Source: a virus. From it: a stretch of DNA of 64,000 nucleotides. This document shows positions 6,346 through 15,574 of the stretch, piece by piece; the first letter of the stretch is position 1; the number at the start of each line of letters is the position of its first letter. The notes beneath the pieces are model-generated. The model had not been told where the DNA came from, made no database searches, and was given only the letters and a program-made list of their open reading frames with translations. The position numbers and the translations under genes are program-made. Location: IMG/VR virus record IMGVR_UViG_3300023435_000659, positions 4,060-68,059 of that record; one strand, given 5' to 3'.

Positions 6346-9177
6346 ATGCCAATCTGTGACAAAAAGGGTTCGTCTACCCAGAGCATGGGTGATTACGAAT
6401 ACACTCACCATGAAGTTCCAGATGATCCTGAGTTGAATGTCTTTTGGCGGGCGGAAACATTAAGACTGGCCGCACAGAGTCATTCCAATGCCATTGTGTT
6501 TCGGCAGCAGATCATGGATCACTGCCGCAAGGACTTCTGGTATTGGGCTAAGGGGTTTTGTTTCGTTCACGAGCCGCGGATCCTTGATGACGATGCCGAG
6601 GAGTTTAATACGAAGGTGTCATTCCTGCCATGGCCGCATCAGATTCCCGTCGTCGACCGCATTCTGAAAGTGCTGGGGAAACGAGACTTGCGGGTGGTCA
6701 AATCCCGTGCCCAGGGTGCAAGTTGGATTCTGGTACTCATTTTCATTTGGTGCTGGCTGTTTAAGCCGGGATTCAAGGGGAATCTGGTATCTAAAGATGA
6801 GGTAGCTGTTGACCGCCGGAACGACATGGATTCACTGTTCGGGAAGGCCGATTGGCTCCTGGAAAAGCTCCCTGTTTGGATGGTTGGCAAAAAGAACAAG
6901 CACTGGCGTCGTGGCTACGGTGAACACTACTTGACGCGAATGGATGGCGAAACGGCGATCACAGGTTACGCTTGTACCGCGGATGTGGCTTCGGGCGGAC
7001 GTGCTATGGTGTTCGGGATGGACGAGCACGCCAAGCACCCCCGTGGCCCTGACAGGGAGGCTTTGGCTGCGACCCAGCCAATCACCCGCTGCCGGCTATT
7101 TATCTCGACCCCCAAAGGCCGAAGCGGTGCGTACTACGAGATTATCCACGACGACACAATCGAGGAGCCGGTCCTATACCTCTCCTGGAGGGACAACCCG
7201 ACGCAGAATCGCGGATTGTACCAGATCGTCAAGGGACAACCCGTGGTAATGGATGAGGAAAAGTACGGCCCATTGCTTTCTGAGTACCAGAACCACGAGC
7301 AGTGGACGAAGTTGAAGGAGCGACTGTCCGAACGAGGATACGACCTGACTGGCAAAGCCACTCGTTCGCAGTGGTACGACCAGGAATGCCTGCGTCCAGG
7401 TGCCAATCCCGTGCTCGTTGCCCAAGAGTACGACATGGTATTCGGCGCGGAGGGGGCACAGTATTTTGCGGAAGCGCTCATCAACCGCCTGAAAAATTGC
7501 GTTCGCCGGCCGAAGTTAGGCGAATACCACGTCAACTCGGAATCGCTCACGGGAAACTGGACGGAGAACCCAGACGGCCGATTCAGGATGTGGTGTGAAC
7601 TAGACATCCGCAAGTCCCCACCGATGGGTGAGTACGTGGTGGGATGTGACATTTCTGCCGGGCTGGGTGGATCGGGTGGTAGCAACTCGGCGATCACGGT
7701 GTTCAGCCGGCGTACCGGGCAAAAGGTAATGTCGTTCGCCACCCCTTCCGTAAAACCATACGAGTTTGCAGAGATAGCTATTGCGATTTGCAAGTGGTTC
7801 TGTAACTACAAAAGCGATCCGGCGTTTTTAATCTGGGAAAATCAGGGTCCAGGCAAGGAGTTCTGCCAGCGGCTGGAACGCAGTGGGTTTCAGCACTATT
7901 ACCGCCGGAAGTCTTCCGAAGAGGCTCCGCTGCACTCTCGACATAGCAACAAGCCTGGATACTGGATGAACAAGCGAAGCGCTATTCTGGGGCCATATAG
8001 GGAGGCTCTTCTAGAGGGCCATTTCGACAACCCGGATCAGGATGCTATCGAGGAACTTAGGCAGTACCAAATGGGCCTGGATGGCGAACCGTATCACGTT
8101 GCCAGCAAAGACAAGACCGATCCGACTGGAGCCGGTTCGGCGCACGGCGATCGTTGCTTTGTCAAGGGGACAATGATTTTGACTGATCGGGGAGAAAGAC
8201 CTATTGAACAATTGATTCCAGGCGATTTGGTTTGGACTCGCGATGGACTTCGGCCAGTGTTTGCATGTGGAAAAACAGGCGAAGAACAGGTTTTCAACGC
8301 GGATTTGTCGAATGGTCGTTCGCTAATTGGGACTGGGAGGCATCCTGTATGGACAGAAAATCGGTCATGGATCGACTTTTCATCGCTGACGTCCCGCGAT
8401 AGACTACTGGCATGGCAACGTCAACATTCAGACGACGAGGTGCGTTCATGTCAACAGAATCAGTCAGAGGGCGAGTGTACAAGTGCGACCCAAGCACGGA
8501 AACCATTGTGTTTAATGGGAGGAAGTACCACCGAAACTCCAATGCCAAGCAAAAGCACCGGCGAAGGTATTTCTGGGGCAGGCGAGAATATGGCAACGGC
8601 AAGAAGACCGCACTCCATGTCGCTATTTGGGAGTATCATAACGGACCTGTTTCAGAAGGTTATTTGGTACATCACAAAGACAATAGCCAGAGTAATAACG
8701 ACATCTCCAATCTTCAGTGTATCACCTATTCAGAGCACGGAAAGATTCACGGAAACGGCAAACACCTGGACGACTACCGACACAAAACGCTTTATTGGCA
8801 TAAGTGCGAATGGTGTGGCATCAATTACCAGACCTTCCGAAAATTCAGAACACGGTTCTGTAGCCCCGAGTGCGGACAAAAGCATCTATGCGAGAGCCGT
8901 AAAGTCTGTCGCAGGGAAGCACGCTGTCTACAATCTAAGCGTAGCTAATACGCCGGAATACTTCGCACAGGGCGTTCTTGTGCATAATTGCATTGCCGAT
9001 GGTCTTGCTTGGCACGCTTGCCTGATGTTCGGAGATCAGCACGTAGGGAACGTCTGGAGGAATACAGCGAACGTGATGAGCGCTACCGAAGATAACGTGC
9101 CGCGCGAATCGTTCGCTTGGCGGCGGGCTCAGTACCTGAAGATGCTGAAAAAAAAGAAGCTGGAAACTACTTGGTAA
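6346..9177 (+). CDS. terL: Terminase large subunit containing an intein (665 aa after splicing)
   Basis: PWPHQ, VVKSRAQGAS (Walker A variant), GMDE (Walker B), ISTPKG, YVVGCDIS nuclease motif, HGDR|CIA. Confidence 0.93.
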   Translation: MPICDKKGSSTQSMGDYEYTHHEVPDDPELNVFWRAETLRLAAQSHSNAIVFRQQIMDHCRKDFWYWAKGFCFVHEPRILDDDAEEFNTKVSFLPWPHQIPVVDRILKVLGKRDLRVVKSRAQGASWILVLIFIWCWLFKPGFKGNLVSKDEVAVDRRNDMDSLFGKADWLLEKLPVWMVGKKNKHWRRGYGEHYLTRMDGETAITGYACTADVASGGRAMVFGMDEHAKHPRGPDREALAATQPITRCRLFISTPKGRSGAYYEIIHDDTIEEPVLYLSWRDNPTQNRGLYQIVKGQPVVMDEEKYGPLLSEYQNHEQWTKLKERLSERGYDLTGKATRSQWYDQECLRPGANPVLVAQEYDMVFGAEGAQYFAEALINRLKNCVRRPKLGEYHVNSESLTGNWTENPDGRFRMWCELDIRKSPPMGEYVVGCDISAGLGGSGGSNSAITVFSRRTGQKVMSFATPSVKPYEFAEIAIAICKWFCNYKSDPAFLIWENQGPGKEFCQRLERSGFQHYYRRKSSEEAPLHSRHSNKPGYWMNKRSAILGPYREALLEGHFDNPDQDAIEELRQYQMGLDGEPYHVASKDKTDPTGAGSAHGDRCFVKGTMILTDRGERPIEQLIPGDLVWTRDGLRPVFACGKTGEEQVFNADLSNGRSLIGTGRHPVWTENRSWIDFSSLTSRDRLLAWQRQHSDDEVRSCQQNQSEGECTSATQARKPLCLMGGSTTETPMPSKSTGEGISGAGENMATARRPHSMSLFGSIITDLFQKVIWYITKTIARVITTSPIFSVSPIQSTERFTETANTWTTTDTKRFIGISANGVASITRPSENSEHGSVAPSADKSIYARAVKSVAGKHAVYNLSVANTPEYFAQGVLVHNCIADGLAWHACLMFGDQHVGNVWRNTANVMSATEDNVPRESFAWRRAQYLKMLKKKKLETTW
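8155..8988 (+). mobile_element. Intein (278 aa, Cys604-Asn881) in the TerL nuclease domain
   Basis: Block A CFVKGTMILT, block B GTGRHP, block F VYNLSV, block G VLVHN followed by Cys+1. Confidence 0.93.
8448..8948 (+). CDS. HNH homing endonuclease nested in the intein in the -1 frame
   Basis: LHVAIWEYHNG...VHHKDNSQSNNDISNL...EH.K.H (HNH_3-type); C-terminal CEWC/FCSPEC; GAGGTG RBS before ATG 8448. Confidence 0.88.
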   Translation: MSTESVRGRVYKCDPSTETIVFNGRKYHRNSNAKQKHRRRYFWGRREYGNGKKTALHVAIWEYHNGPVSEGYLVHHKDNSQSNNDISNLQCITYSEHGKIHGNGKHLDDYRHKTLYWHKCEWCGINYQTFRKFRTRFCSPECGQKHLCESRKVCRREARCLQSKRS

Positions 9178-9188
9178 GGAGTGATACG

Positions 9189-9590
9189 ATGATCGAGATC
9201 AAGGCGGACGCAGAACTTGACGAAGCCGTGGCTGACGCGATTGACTTGCAGTATTTTCCACGAACGGGTCCGTTTAGTGGTTTGCCTTATGTTGCCGTAC
9301 TCATCACACTGCGTGAATGGGACGAGATTCGCGGAATCGAGCACATTACCTGCGAAGGGGACATAGCTTGCATTCCGTTTCAACCCAGCATCGACTTGAA
9401 TGCGGCGTTTGCGGCGGCCGAGAAGGTGGAGTTGTTCGACCACGAGACACCGCCAAGCTATCGTCGCTGTCTGTTTGGAGTTGATGACGATACTTGGTGT
9501 GTTGGTGGTCCAGGGCTATCAGCGGATGGCCCCACCCCCGCCCTTGCGATCTGTGCCGCAATCCTAAAACTGAAAGAGGTAACCAAATGA
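9189..9590 (+). CDS. Phage ABA-sandwich-domain-like protein
   Basis: ELDEAVA...PSIDLNAAFAAAEK...TPALAICAAILK; TAAGGAG RBS. Confidence 0.7.
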   Translation: MIEIKADAELDEAVADAIDLQYFPRTGPFSGLPYVAVLITLREWDEIRGIEHITCEGDIACIPFQPSIDLNAAFAAAEKVELFDHETPPSYRRCLFGVDDDTWCVGGPGLSADGPTPALAICAAILKLKEVTK

Positions 9591-9943
9591 ATAACCGACC
9601 CATCAACCCTATTGGTCCCATCAATCCTAACTTCAACATGAACGACCCGTCACTCAAAGGTGGCGTCCCGCTCCAGCGGGTTCCTGTAATTCCCTGGGAA
9701 GCGTTTGTTGCTTGTGGGCTCCAGGTTTACAAGGATGGTAAGGTCCAATTATCTCTATTCGACCCCAAGCCCATGGCTACTGCCGATGAGGTACTTCAAG
9801 TCATGCTACTCCTCATATCTTCCCAAGGGAAGAAACCGGGCCCCATTGCCTGGGACACAGTTCCCGAGGAGGTCCATCGCCATTTCAAGTTCAAGGATGA
9901 GCCCGTCGACGGCGTACCCCGTCAAGATGGCATGTTCGGCTAG
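9587..9943 (+). CDS. Hypothetical protein
   Basis: ATGA overlap, GAGGT RBS. Confidence 0.7.
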   Translation: MNNRPINPIGPINPNFNMNDPSLKGGVPLQRVPVIPWEAFVACGLQVYKDGKVQLSLFDPKPMATADEVLQVMLLLISSQGKKPGPIAWDTVPEEVHRHFKFKDEPVDGVPRQDGMFG

Positions 9944-9998
9944 TGAGTCAATCTGCCAATTCTAGGTTGCCTGGGCAATCTATCTCGGCAAATCTCTA

Positions 9999-10027
9999 TT
10001 GACGATTGTGCGCGATCGCCGTATGTT
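9999..10027 (+). promoter_or_regulatory. Possible sigma70 promoter for head genes
   Basis: TTGACG-17 bp-TATGTT in an intergenic gap. Confidence 0.45.
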
Positions 10028-10091
10028 TACTGTGAACGCTCAATTTATAGGCAGGTGCCTACATTTTAATCAGTCAATGGAGACAGAAGCC

Positions 10092-10250
10092 ATGAAGAAC
10101 GAAGCCGCAAAGGCAGTCGAGAAGAAAATCTCTCCCGTAGAGGGGGAGCAAGGCGCGGTCAAAGAGGCCGGAAGCACTCCGCCGCCTTCTTACGGGCATG
10201 GCAGTGCCTCATCTGGAGGCACATCGGGCCAGATTCCAAAGGATGCCTGA
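10092..10250 (+). CDS. Small hypothetical protein
   Basis: GGAG RBS; 52 aa. Confidence 0.5.
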   Translation: MKNEAAKAVEKKISPVEGEQGAVKEAGSTPPPSYGHGSASSGGTSGQIPKDA

Positions 10251-10289
10251 CATCGCGCTATGACGCGAATTAAGGAATGAGGAATCCAT

Positions 10290-12188
10290 ATGGTAGCTTC
10301 ATACCCGGTTTTAGGTGGTGGTGTGCCTGCTGCTGTCGGGATGGGGCTTCCTTTGCCAGATCGGATCGGCGAGTCTGCTAAGCAAGCGGATGTCCCTGCC
10401 GGCCCCCTCACGCCGGATTTCATCAAGCGTCTCCATGACCAGATTGCAATGGCCGAAAAGGAGATGGAGACGTTTCGCGAGCAGAACAGGAAACGTCAGT
10501 CACTCTATGCCGGTCATGGTTACGGCACAAACGATGAAGAGGTTGATGCTCCGCTAAACGTCTACAACCTCGCCTTGCGAATCTACCAGCGGCGGCTCAT
10601 TAGTGGTGACCCCCGTGTCAACATACGGTCACGCTCCCCGAAGTCGCGACCTGAAGCCTACGAATTGTCCTTGGCTTGCGAACAATTGTTTCGTGAAATC
10701 AACCTCAAGGACACCATGAAAGAGGTTGTTCATCAAGGGCTGGAGAGTGTTGGCATTGTCAAGGTAGCCGTAACGCCTGGCGGCATGAATGAGTCGTTGG
10801 GGTTTCTGCATGATGCGTGGCAGCCGTTTTGCGATCCGGTTTTGCTGGAGAATTTCGCTTTCGATACGAACGCCAAGCGATGGGAAGAGATCGATTGGTG
10901 TGGGGACCGATACCGACTTCCGCTCGATGATCTACTGAATAACTCGGAGTGGGATCAGAAGATTGTTGCAACACTGGACAAGTCTCAGACTCGTCAGGAC
11001 GATGACTTGCGACAAAGCCCTGGTGACGAAAGCGTCCAGCGGATGGGTGTTGAAGATTCAGTGTTCCGCGATGACCTGCGGCAGTACGTTACCGTTTGGG
11101 ACATCTGGCTTCCGCGGGAGAAGCTATTAATTACCGTCCCCGACGGTCAGGGGCAACCGCTTCGTGTCAAGAAATGGGAGGGACCGGAAAATGGTCCGTA
11201 TCATCTGCTGCGGTTCGATCCACTTCCCGGCAACATCATGCCAGTATCTCCAGGTGGACACCTGGAAAGCCTTGCGAAACTGCTGAACCGAGCGATTCGG
11301 AAGCTGGGGAATCAGCTTGACAGGCAGAAGACAAACCCGACGATCACGCCTGCCGCTGCCAATGCTGGGGACGACAATACGATTAAGGATTGTCAAGATG
11401 GCGATGTCTTGCAACTGATGGATCCGAAGAATACCGGCGAGATTCGATCGGGTGGAATTGACCAGCAATCCTACGCATTCACTCAGGGCTTAATCAGTCT
11501 GTTCTCCTGGCTAGGTGGCAACCTTGATTCGCTTGGCGGGCTTGCGAGTAATGCTGGGACTGCCTCGCAACAGGAAATAGAACTGGCGGGTGCGAACAGC
11601 CTGATTGATGAGTTGAACGACCGGTTTACTGGATTCTTGCAGGGGGTTGTGACCGATTTGGCGTGGTACATCTACAAGGATCCCAAGGGGACACGCAGGT
11701 TAATCAAACGGGTAGAGGGCACCGATTGGGAAGTGCCGATACGCTGGGGGCCCAATCGGAGATCGCGATCGTTCTTTATGTTTGAGTTTGAGATTGATTC
11801 GTTCAGCATTCATGCCCGAACGCCGGAACAGCGGTTGCAGACAATTATGGAAATTATGCCGCGGATGATGCAAGCGGCGCAGGCCAAGATGATATTTGCC
11901 CAGGTCGGGGATGAATTGGATACGGAGGCGCTGTGGCGGTTGATTACCCGTTACACAGGGCTTACCGAGTTGTCGGAATTGATTCGATCTTCGGGTATAC
12001 CGATTACGGCTGAACCGGGTGGTGCGGATCGGATGCCCAGTGCGAACACAGGGATGCCGCACGAGTACATCCGCCGGAATGTTTCGAGCGGCGGTGGCGG
12101 CGGGGGGATGGCGCCGGGGCAGCAGGCATTGGCACAGATGATGTCGGCGGGCAACAATGGGGGCGGGCAGCAAGGAACACCAGCATGA
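10290..12188 (+). CDS. Portal protein
   Basis: 632 aa between TerL and scaffold/capsid; GIVKV, FDTNAKRWE, GTASQ motifs; Gln/Gly-rich tail as in P22-like portals. Confidence 0.82.
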   Translation: MVASYPVLGGGVPAAVGMGLPLPDRIGESAKQADVPAGPLTPDFIKRLHDQIAMAEKEMETFREQNRKRQSLYAGHGYGTNDEEVDAPLNVYNLALRIYQRRLISGDPRVNIRSRSPKSRPEAYELSLACEQLFREINLKDTMKEVVHQGLESVGIVKVAVTPGGMNESLGFLHDAWQPFCDPVLLENFAFDTNAKRWEEIDWCGDRYRLPLDDLLNNSEWDQKIVATLDKSQTRQDDDLRQSPGDESVQRMGVEDSVFRDDLRQYVTVWDIWLPREKLLITVPDGQGQPLRVKKWEGPENGPYHLLRFDPLPGNIMPVSPGGHLESLAKLLNRAIRKLGNQLDRQKTNPTITPAAANAGDDNTIKDCQDGDVLQLMDPKNTGEIRSGGIDQQSYAFTQGLISLFSWLGGNLDSLGGLASNAGTASQQEIELAGANSLIDELNDRFTGFLQGVVTDLAWYIYKDPKGTRRLIKRVEGTDWEVPIRWGPNRRSRSFFMFEFEIDSFSIHARTPEQRLQTIMEIMPRMMQAAQAKMIFAQVGDELDTEALWRLITRYTGLTELSELIRSSGIPITAEPGGADRMPSANTGMPHEYIRRNVSSGGGGGGMAPGQQALAQMMSAGNNGGGQQGTPA

Positions 12189-12748
12189 ACACAATTACCG
12201 ATGGAATGCGAGCTACAATGCAGGCGATTACCGCCGGCCTAAGTTGCGTTCGGGTAAGTTCATCGGCTACTAAGCACTTCCGCCATGACGGCGAAAAAGT
12301 CGTGGAAGTTGAGCGGCCTTGTGTAGTTGTTTCGCGGACGATGTTTCCGTACAAGTCAGTTGCAATGGCTGTGAATCCAAGCGAAGTGCCGGCAGTGAAG
12401 GAGCGATTGAAGAGGGAAGGGCTGTTCACGGAGTTTGATTCTGAGGGACGACCAGTTATCACAAGCACGAAGCAACAGGATGCCCTAGCCAAAGCGATGG
12501 GCATGAAGACTGGTCGGGATGGATATGGGCATACGGACGAGCACGGCAACTTCCAGAACAGTGGTCGACGTCGATCTGATGAAATAGCAGAGGGACGTGG
12601 CCGGGTTCGCAAGGCAATTAAGGAGTTGGAGGCAATGCCCGAAGAGGTGCCTGCCGGTGTTGTAGCGGGAGTACTTGACGAGTACGATATTGTTCCGGGA
12701 GTACTTGACGAGTACAACATTTTCCCAAACGAGGAGAACACAGGGTAA
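12185..12748 (+). CDS. Hypothetical protein
   Basis: ATGA overlap with portal; internal GVLDEY duplication. Confidence 0.7.
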   Translation: MNTITDGMRATMQAITAGLSCVRVSSSATKHFRHDGEKVVEVERPCVVVSRTMFPYKSVAMAVNPSEVPAVKERLKREGLFTEFDSEGRPVITSTKQQDALAKAMGMKTGRDGYGHTDEHGNFQNSGRRRSDEIAEGRGRVRKAIKELEAMPEEVPAGVVAGVLDEYDIVPGVLDEYNIFPNEENTG

Positions 12749-12753
12749 ATACG

Positions 12754-12906
12754 ATGGCAAAAAAGGAGAAGGAGAAGATTCGCCAATTGAAGGAAGGGGT
12801 TGGCTACGGCATGAAATACACGAAGAAAATGAAAGTGGTTGCCGTCAAGCCCAAGTCCAAAACCAATCGTGGCGGCTCTAGGAGAATTGGCGACATCGAG
12901 AAGTAA
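12754..12906 (+). CDS. Small basic protein (50 aa)
   Basis: MAKKEKEKIRQLK...; Lys-rich; fills the gap before the tRNA-like element. Confidence 0.5.
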   Translation: MAKKEKEKIRQLKEGVGYGMKYTKKMKVVAVKPKSKTNRGGSRRIGDIEK

Positions 12907-12907
12907 A

Positions 12908-13035
12908 GGCCCGATGGTGCAATGGCAGCACATCTCCGAAACACGTCCCACCCTGGGTCAGGGAGGGCGGTAACCGAGAGGTCCGCCTGTGCGGTTGAGG
13001 AGAAGACCGCGGGTTCGATTCCCGCAAGGGCCACC
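12908..13035 (+). ncRNA. tRNA-like RNA with a 61-nt insert replacing the anticodon loop
   Basis: GGCCC/GGGCC-A-CC acceptor; D arm GTGC-AATGGCA-GCAC; TCTCC/GGAGA stem; T arm GCGGG-TTCGATT-CCCGC. Confidence 0.7.
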
Positions 13036-13063
13036 GAGGAGGACGCGAGGTAATTTGACACAA

Positions 13064-13202
13064 GGAAGGGTCATGCAGCGATGCACGGCCTGAACGGACC
13101 AGGCAACCCCCGACTTGATCCCCGGGGGCGTCGGATTCCCGTTCCAGCGACAGCCTCACGACGGGAGGGTTGTGCGTCGCCGCATGGCCCTTCCGTTTTT
13201 TT
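13064..13202 (+). promoter_or_regulatory. Long branched hairpin plus T-tract upstream of the scaffold gene
   Basis: GGAAGGGTCATGC/GCATGGCCCTTCC and GCGATGCAC/GTGCGTCGC stems; inner GAACGG/CCGTTC and CCGAC/GTCGG; followed by T7. Confidence 0.65.
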
Positions 13203-13214
13203 GCGAGGCTCACG

Positions 13215-14447
13215 ATGACAACAGAAACAGCAAAACCAACTTCCCACCAAACGGGCACAACCCCCGACCCGATTGCGTCGAACGCACAGGATTTCAGCGG
13301 CAGTGACGATGAAGTCCTCGACAATTTCGCGGAAGTACCTAGCGATCAGGTTCCGATGGGGTTGGGCGGCGAGGCAGGAAAGCAATCGGAACCAGCAAGT
13401 TCTACGCTGGAAGCCGATATTGTAAATGGCACTACGAAACAATCCGGCGAGAAACTTCCGTCGGACTATCCCGCAGGCGGGCCCGAACCGGTTCAGGAGC
13501 CCGCAGGCGATGAAGGCACGGAGACTACTCCCGAGCCAATTTCCGAAGAACCGAAAACCCCCGAATTCCCGCCTGCGTTGCTGCAAATGGCGGGATATGC
13601 TGATGCCGCAGCGGCACAAAATGCTGGATTTAACAACCCAGATGCCTTGCTTGCCGCTGTTCAATGGCGCAGCCAATTGTTGACTCCGGGCACTCAAGTA
13701 GTTCAACCTGCTCCGCTTTCTGAGCAAGGGCTGTATCGACGCCCCGCTCAACCATCAACTCCTTCGGTGTCTCCCGCGCCAGAGCCAGTAGCCAAGCCGG
13801 AAGACACTGCCGATTTCAAGGCGTTTCAGTTGCCCACTGATAAACGGGACATGCTGGACGATGATTTGGTGGATGTGCTCGATCAAATGAACGAGCATTA
13901 CCAGCATGAACACGAGCATCACCAGCAGGAACTGAAGTCACTTCGCTCTTCTGTTAGCCAGCGGGAAGCTGATATAACCCGCCAGCAAGCACAGGAGGAA
14001 AGTGCGAGGTTTGACAAAGTGGTAAATGCTCTCGGCGATGAGTGGAAGGATGTATTCGGTGAAGGCAGCGGTACGGATTTGGCTCGAATGGGCCAGGACG
14101 ATCCTGCTGCGATGACTAACTTTAACCACCGGGTGCGGCTATTCGAGACTGTCGAAGCAGTGCGGGAAGTCAATGCTAAGCAGCAGTACAAGCCCATGAC
14201 CGTCGAACAAGAAGTTCAATGGGCCTTGTTGCAGCGATACCCTGACAAATTTCAACACATGATCTCCGGGAACTCTGATTCCAGCCAAAGCAAGGGAGTC
14301 ACCGCTAGTCGCCCGACTCAGCGAAAGACACCACCTAAAAACCAGAATCAAAAGGTTCTGGCCGACGTGGATGCCATGCTTCAAAAGCGGCATGGCCACT
14401 CGTTGGATATGGGCCAGGAGGATGAGTTTGATGGGAGAGAAATATAG
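13215..14447 (+). CDS. Capsid scaffolding protein (putative)
   Basis: Acidic, Pro-rich N-terminus plus coiled coil; directly upstream of the capsid gene. Confidence 0.7.
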   Translation: MTTETAKPTSHQTGTTPDPIASNAQDFSGSDDEVLDNFAEVPSDQVPMGLGGEAGKQSEPASSTLEADIVNGTTKQSGEKLPSDYPAGGPEPVQEPAGDEGTETTPEPISEEPKTPEFPPALLQMAGYADAAAAQNAGFNNPDALLAAVQWRSQLLTPGTQVVQPAPLSEQGLYRRPAQPSTPSVSPAPEPVAKPEDTADFKAFQLPTDKRDMLDDDLVDVLDQMNEHYQHEHEHHQQELKSLRSSVSQREADITRQQAQEESARFDKVVNALGDEWKDVFGEGSGTDLARMGQDDPAAMTNFNHRVRLFETVEAVREVNAKQQYKPMTVEQEVQWALLQRYPDKFQHMISGNSDSSQSKGVTASRPTQRKTPPKNQNQKVLADVDAMLQKRHGHSLDMGQEDEFDGREI

Positions 14448-14460
14448 GAGGACATCCTAG

Positions 14461-15510
14461 ATGGCAACCATTCAACCGGCCGATATCCCTGATATTGTGG
14501 CCACTACGCGGGTTTCAGAGGGGCGTCTGCGCTTTCAGCAGATTGCACAGAATCTGCCCTTCTACGAGGTCTTTTCTCGCTGGTTCAAGCGGGATAAGGT
14601 CATGTTTTCCAGCGGGTACAAGATTCAACGAACGCTGATGAACAAGTTGAATCGTGCGGCCTCAAAGCATGTTGGGTTTCTACAGCCCGACAAAGTAAAC
14701 ATCATGGACGTCCTGACGACCATGAGTGTCGAGTGGGTTCATGCCCAGACCGATTGGGGCATTATCTATCAGACCGATGTTCTGATGAACTCCGGCAAGG
14801 ACCTGATCCTGAACATCATCAAGCCGCGGCGTGTCGCATCGCTCTTGGGGCTTGTCGAAGAAATCGAGGAACTGTCCTTCGGGGCCGCTCCCGGCGTAAG
14901 CGACAACGTCAATCCGTGGGCATTGAAGTATTGGGTCACATACAATGCGACCGACGGCTTCACGGGTGCCGCTCCGGGCTCCCATACCACGAAGGGTGGT
15001 GTGAACACAACGAACGTACCGAACTTCAAGAATTACTCGATTACATACACGGATGTGAGCGACAACGATCTGGTGAAAAGCCTGCGAACGATGTTTCGTA
15101 AGTGTCGTTTCGTCAGCCCGATTAGTCATCCAGACTACCGGGGCCAGATTCGCGATCGCTATCGGCTGTACTGCAACGAGGAAACGATCTCCGCGTTCGA
15201 GGACATAGTTCGGTCGCACAACGAGAATCTTGGCAAGGACTTGGCGATGTTTGATGGTGCCGCGTATATCGCTGGCTACCCAATCATCTACATCCCGCAA
15301 CTCGACGACGATTCGTCGAGCGATCCGGTCTACGTCATAGATCACTCGACGTTTTACCCGGTGTGCCTGAAGGGCGATTACCTCCGGGAAACCGGCCCGC
15401 TCCAGGGCGAATCCCACAATACGTGGAACTGTTTCACGGATTTGACTTACAACTTCCTCAACGTGGACCCGCGGCGCTCCGGCGTAGCGGCCAAGTCTGA
15501 CCCGTCGTAA
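14461..15510 (+). CDS. Major capsid protein
   Basis: 349 aa after scaffold; GGAGG RBS; strongly biased codons; GYPIIYIPQLD...VYVID...PRRSGV typical of the HK97-fold C-terminus. Confidence 0.85.
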   Translation: MATIQPADIPDIVATTRVSEGRLRFQQIAQNLPFYEVFSRWFKRDKVMFSSGYKIQRTLMNKLNRAASKHVGFLQPDKVNIMDVLTTMSVEWVHAQTDWGIIYQTDVLMNSGKDLILNIIKPRRVASLLGLVEEIEELSFGAAPGVSDNVNPWALKYWVTYNATDGFTGAAPGSHTTKGGVNTTNVPNFKNYSITYTDVSDNDLVKSLRTMFRKCRFVSPISHPDYRGQIRDRYRLYCNEETISAFEDIVRSHNENLGKDLAMFDGAAYIAGYPIIYIPQLDDDSSSDPVYVIDHSTFYPVCLKGDYLRETGPLQGESHNTWNCFTDLTYNFLNVDPRRSGVAAKSDPS

Positions 15511-15574
15511 CGGTGGGAAATCACTGACCGCGTACCAATAATGTTCGCTAACGCGAAAAAGGAGTTCAATACCT

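Noticed and set aside
9150-9156. A_AAA_AAG slippery site at the end of terL with an open -1 frame into the next gene
   Set aside because: The downstream gene has its own strong TAAGGAG RBS, there is no clear stimulatory structure, and a poly-Lys tail explains the run.
12908-13035. Functional tRNA or tmRNA
   Set aside because: No 7-nt anticodon loop, mismatched acceptor stem, no CCA; too short for tmRNA and it has a D stem. Kept as a tRNA-like ncRNA.
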